From NCBI GenBank assembly GCA_021850085.1, contig JAJZRZ010000001.1, positions 1-29,077 of the forward strand: a DNA stretch of 29,077 nucleotides. Direction: 5' to 3'. Made by a program: the position numbers and the translations under genes. The stretch is from Actinomycetes bacterium. GTDB lineage: Bacteria > Actinomycetota > Coriobacteriia > Anaerosomatales > Anaerosomataceae. Position 1 is the stretch's first letter; every line of letters starts with the position of its first letter. Positions 27,210 to 29,077 of the stretch are shown piece after piece. The notes under the pieces are model-generated. The model made no database searches. It was not told the DNA's origin and saw only the letters and a list, made by a program, of their open reading frames with translations.

Positions 27210-28427
27210 CTATTCGGCCTCCACCGCAGGCGGCTTGGCGCCCACCTTCATCGAAAGCTCCAGCTCCTCGCCATCGCGCCACAGTCGCAGCGTGACCTCG
27301 TCGCCGACGGCCCGGCGCCGCACCGACAGGATGAGGTCGTCCATCGACCGGATGCGGTCCTCGTCCACCCCCACGATCACGTCACCGGGCTGTAGTCCTG
27401 CGCGCTCGGCCTCGGTCCCGGGGGTTGTTTCGACCACATATGCGCCTCGCTCCACCGGCAGGTTCTCCTGCGCCATCAGATCGGGTGTCACTGTCTGGCC
27501 GAGCACGCCGAGGAAGGGCGTTTCCACACGCCCGGTCTCGATCAGCTGGTCGGCGGCGAGTGTCGCGCGGTCGATCGGGATGGCCAGGCCCACACCGTCC
27601 GAGACGCCCGTGTCGGTGTAGATGACCGAGGGGATCCCGATGAGTTCTCCCCGTCGGTTGACGAGCGCGCCACCCGAGTTACCCGGGTTGATCGCGGCAT
27701 CGGTCTGGATGGAGTCCACGTAGGGGTACTCGCCGTTGTCTCCTCCGAGGTCGGTGAGCGGGCGGTGGGTCGCGGACACCACTCCCGCGGTGACGGAGGC
27801 CTGAAGGCCGAAAGGCGAGCCGATCGCGATCGCGAGCTGGCCGACGATGACCTCATCGGGGTCGCCGAGCTTGATGAGCGGAAAGCTGGTCTGCACGAGT
27901 AGAACGGCGATATCGCTCTCGCTGTCGCCGCCCACCAGCTCCGCCGGGTAGCTCTCTCCGTCCGAGCCGGTCACGATGATCTCGGTGGCCCCCTCGATCA
28001 CGTGGTTGTTGGTGATGATGTACGTTCCACCGTCCGGAGCCTCCCTGTAGGCGACCCCCGAGCCCTCACCCTGTGCTGGGACGTCGGGGTGAGCCTCAGG
28101 CAGGCCACCGGATGTACCAGGGGAGCTGACGGCGATGTTCACCACGCTCGGCACCGCGGCAGCCACTACCTCTTCGGTGGAATCCCCCAGGATCTCCACC
28201 TGCTGTGTCCGCGGGTCTCTCGTTTCAACGGGAAGGTACCGGTAGGCGAGATATGCACCAGCCACCCCTGAAACGCCCCCAGCGAGCAGCGATGCCGCAA
28301 GCACGGCAACGACGATGCCGACGTGCGAGTGGCGCTGGACGGATGCGCCTTGGTCGCCGATGGCCTGTGCGTGGATCGCCGTAGCCTCAGGAGGCGGCGG
28401 TGCGGGCTGGTGCTGGCTGTTCTCCAT
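27210..28427 (-). CDS. htrA: HtrA/DegP-family membrane-anchored serine protease with PDZ domain
   Basis: N-terminal TM helix, triad TNNHVI / DIAVL / NPGNSGG, C-terminal PDZ (AERAGLQPGDVIV). Start ATG 28427. Confidence 0.93.
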   Translation of the reverse strand: MENSQHQPAPPPPEATAIHAQAIGDQGASVQRHSHVGIVVAVLAASLLAGGVSGVAGAYLAYRYLPVETRDPRTQQVEILGDSTEEVVAAAVPSVVNIAVSSPGTSGGLPEAHPDVPAQGEGSGVAYREAPDGGTYIITNNHVIEGATEIIVTGSDGESYPAELVGGDSESDIAVLLVQTSFPLIKLGDPDEVIVGQLAIAIGSPFGLQASVTAGVVSATHRPLTDLGGDNGEYPYVDSIQTDAAINPGNSGGALVNRRGELIGIPSVIYTDTGVSDGVGLAIPIDRATLAADQLIETGRVETPFLGVLGQTVTPDLMAQENLPVERGAYVVETTPGTEAERAGLQPGDVIVGVDEDRIRSMDDLILSVRRRAVGDEVTLRLWRDGEELELSMKVGAKPPAVEAE

Positions 28428-28596
28428 GATCGGCTTCCTTTCCCCACGGTGCTGCCGCGTCATACCATAGTACGCTTGCCGACCGGCTCGCACCCGCACT
28501 CGCCGCAGAATCCACGGACTCTCCACATGCTGCCACCGCGTTGTGTGACCGTGCCCGCTCGACTAGACTGGCGCGGAAGACCGAGGGGAGCACCGC

Positions 28597-29067
28597 TTGT
28601 CCGGCACACAACAAAACGTGCAGCTGGTCGTTGAGCCACAGGGCCCGGCGGAGCTTGAGTCCGCCTCCTTGGCGGCCGAGCCCGTACCTCAGGCTCCCGA
28701 TGCGGTTCTCGTCGAAGGTGTGAGTGGAGGACTCACCTGGGGTCCGTTCGCTGCCTACATGGGCTTGTGGGTCGCGCTCTCGGCCCTGTCGGCATTCTTC
28801 CTTTCAGGGGCGTCGCCGGTGACGCCGGCCCGGTGGATGCCCGAGTATGTCCCCCTGTTGTGGTCGGGTGTGGCACTCACAGCGTTCGGCCCCATCATGT
28901 CGATCGCCGTGTGGCTCGTCGCGCGTGCGCGCCGGCCAAGAGACGAGCGTCAAGGGCTCTTCGCTTCGGCGGCGACTCGCGGATCTCTCACGGCCTTCTT
29001 CGGCGTCGTCCTGTGGCTCGGCACCCTTTTCGTGCTCGAGCTTCTGGCTTCGGGATGGATGTTGTGA
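28597..29067 (+). CDS. Hypothetical membrane protein (about three TM helices)
   Basis: TTG start behind GGGAG, TAGACT -10-like element at 28564-28569, three hydrophobic segments; divergent from htrA. Confidence 0.7.
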   Translation: MSGTQQNVQLVVEPQGPAELESASLAAEPVPQAPDAVLVEGVSGGLTWGPFAAYMGLWVALSALSAFFLSGASPVTPARWMPEYVPLLWSGVALTAFGPIMSIAVWLVARARRPRDERQGLFASAATRGSLTAFFGVVLWLGTLFVLELLASGWML

Positions 29068-29077
29068 ACGTTCTTTC

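Overview
This window is the chromosomal replication-origin region of a high-GC bacterium, most likely an anaerobic actinobacterium. Coriobacteriia is inferred from gene order and protein style and was not verified. The left arm (minus strand) runs: GHKL-ATPase/winged-HTH gene, dnaA, dnaN, recF, DUF721/DciA-like, gyrB, an unknown membrane protein, gyrA, HAD hydrolase, efflux adaptor and a truncated ABC ATPase. The right arm (plus strand) runs: rpmH (missed by the ORF track), rnpA, yidD, yidC, jag, rsmG, parA, parB, YtxH-like, addB-like and addA-like. These are met convergently by htrA, a reverse rubrerythrin and rlmN. DnaA boxes cluster at 13020-13556 and in the dnaA-dnaN spacer, and two parS sites lie at the start of rsmG. 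The best candidate for undescribed biology is an ATPase-wHTH protein that sits between the main DnaA-box cluster and dnaA and appears translationally coupled to dnaA. Other oddities are a possibly bipartite origin, a GC trough centred on the origin, a membrane-protein gene splitting gyrB from gyrA, and a frameshifted ORF inside the origin region. An abrupt head-on fusion of two truncated genes at about 315-330 may be a chimeric assembly. I saw no rRNA, tRNA, CRISPR array or mobile element. All family calls are from motif recognition by eye; no searches were run.
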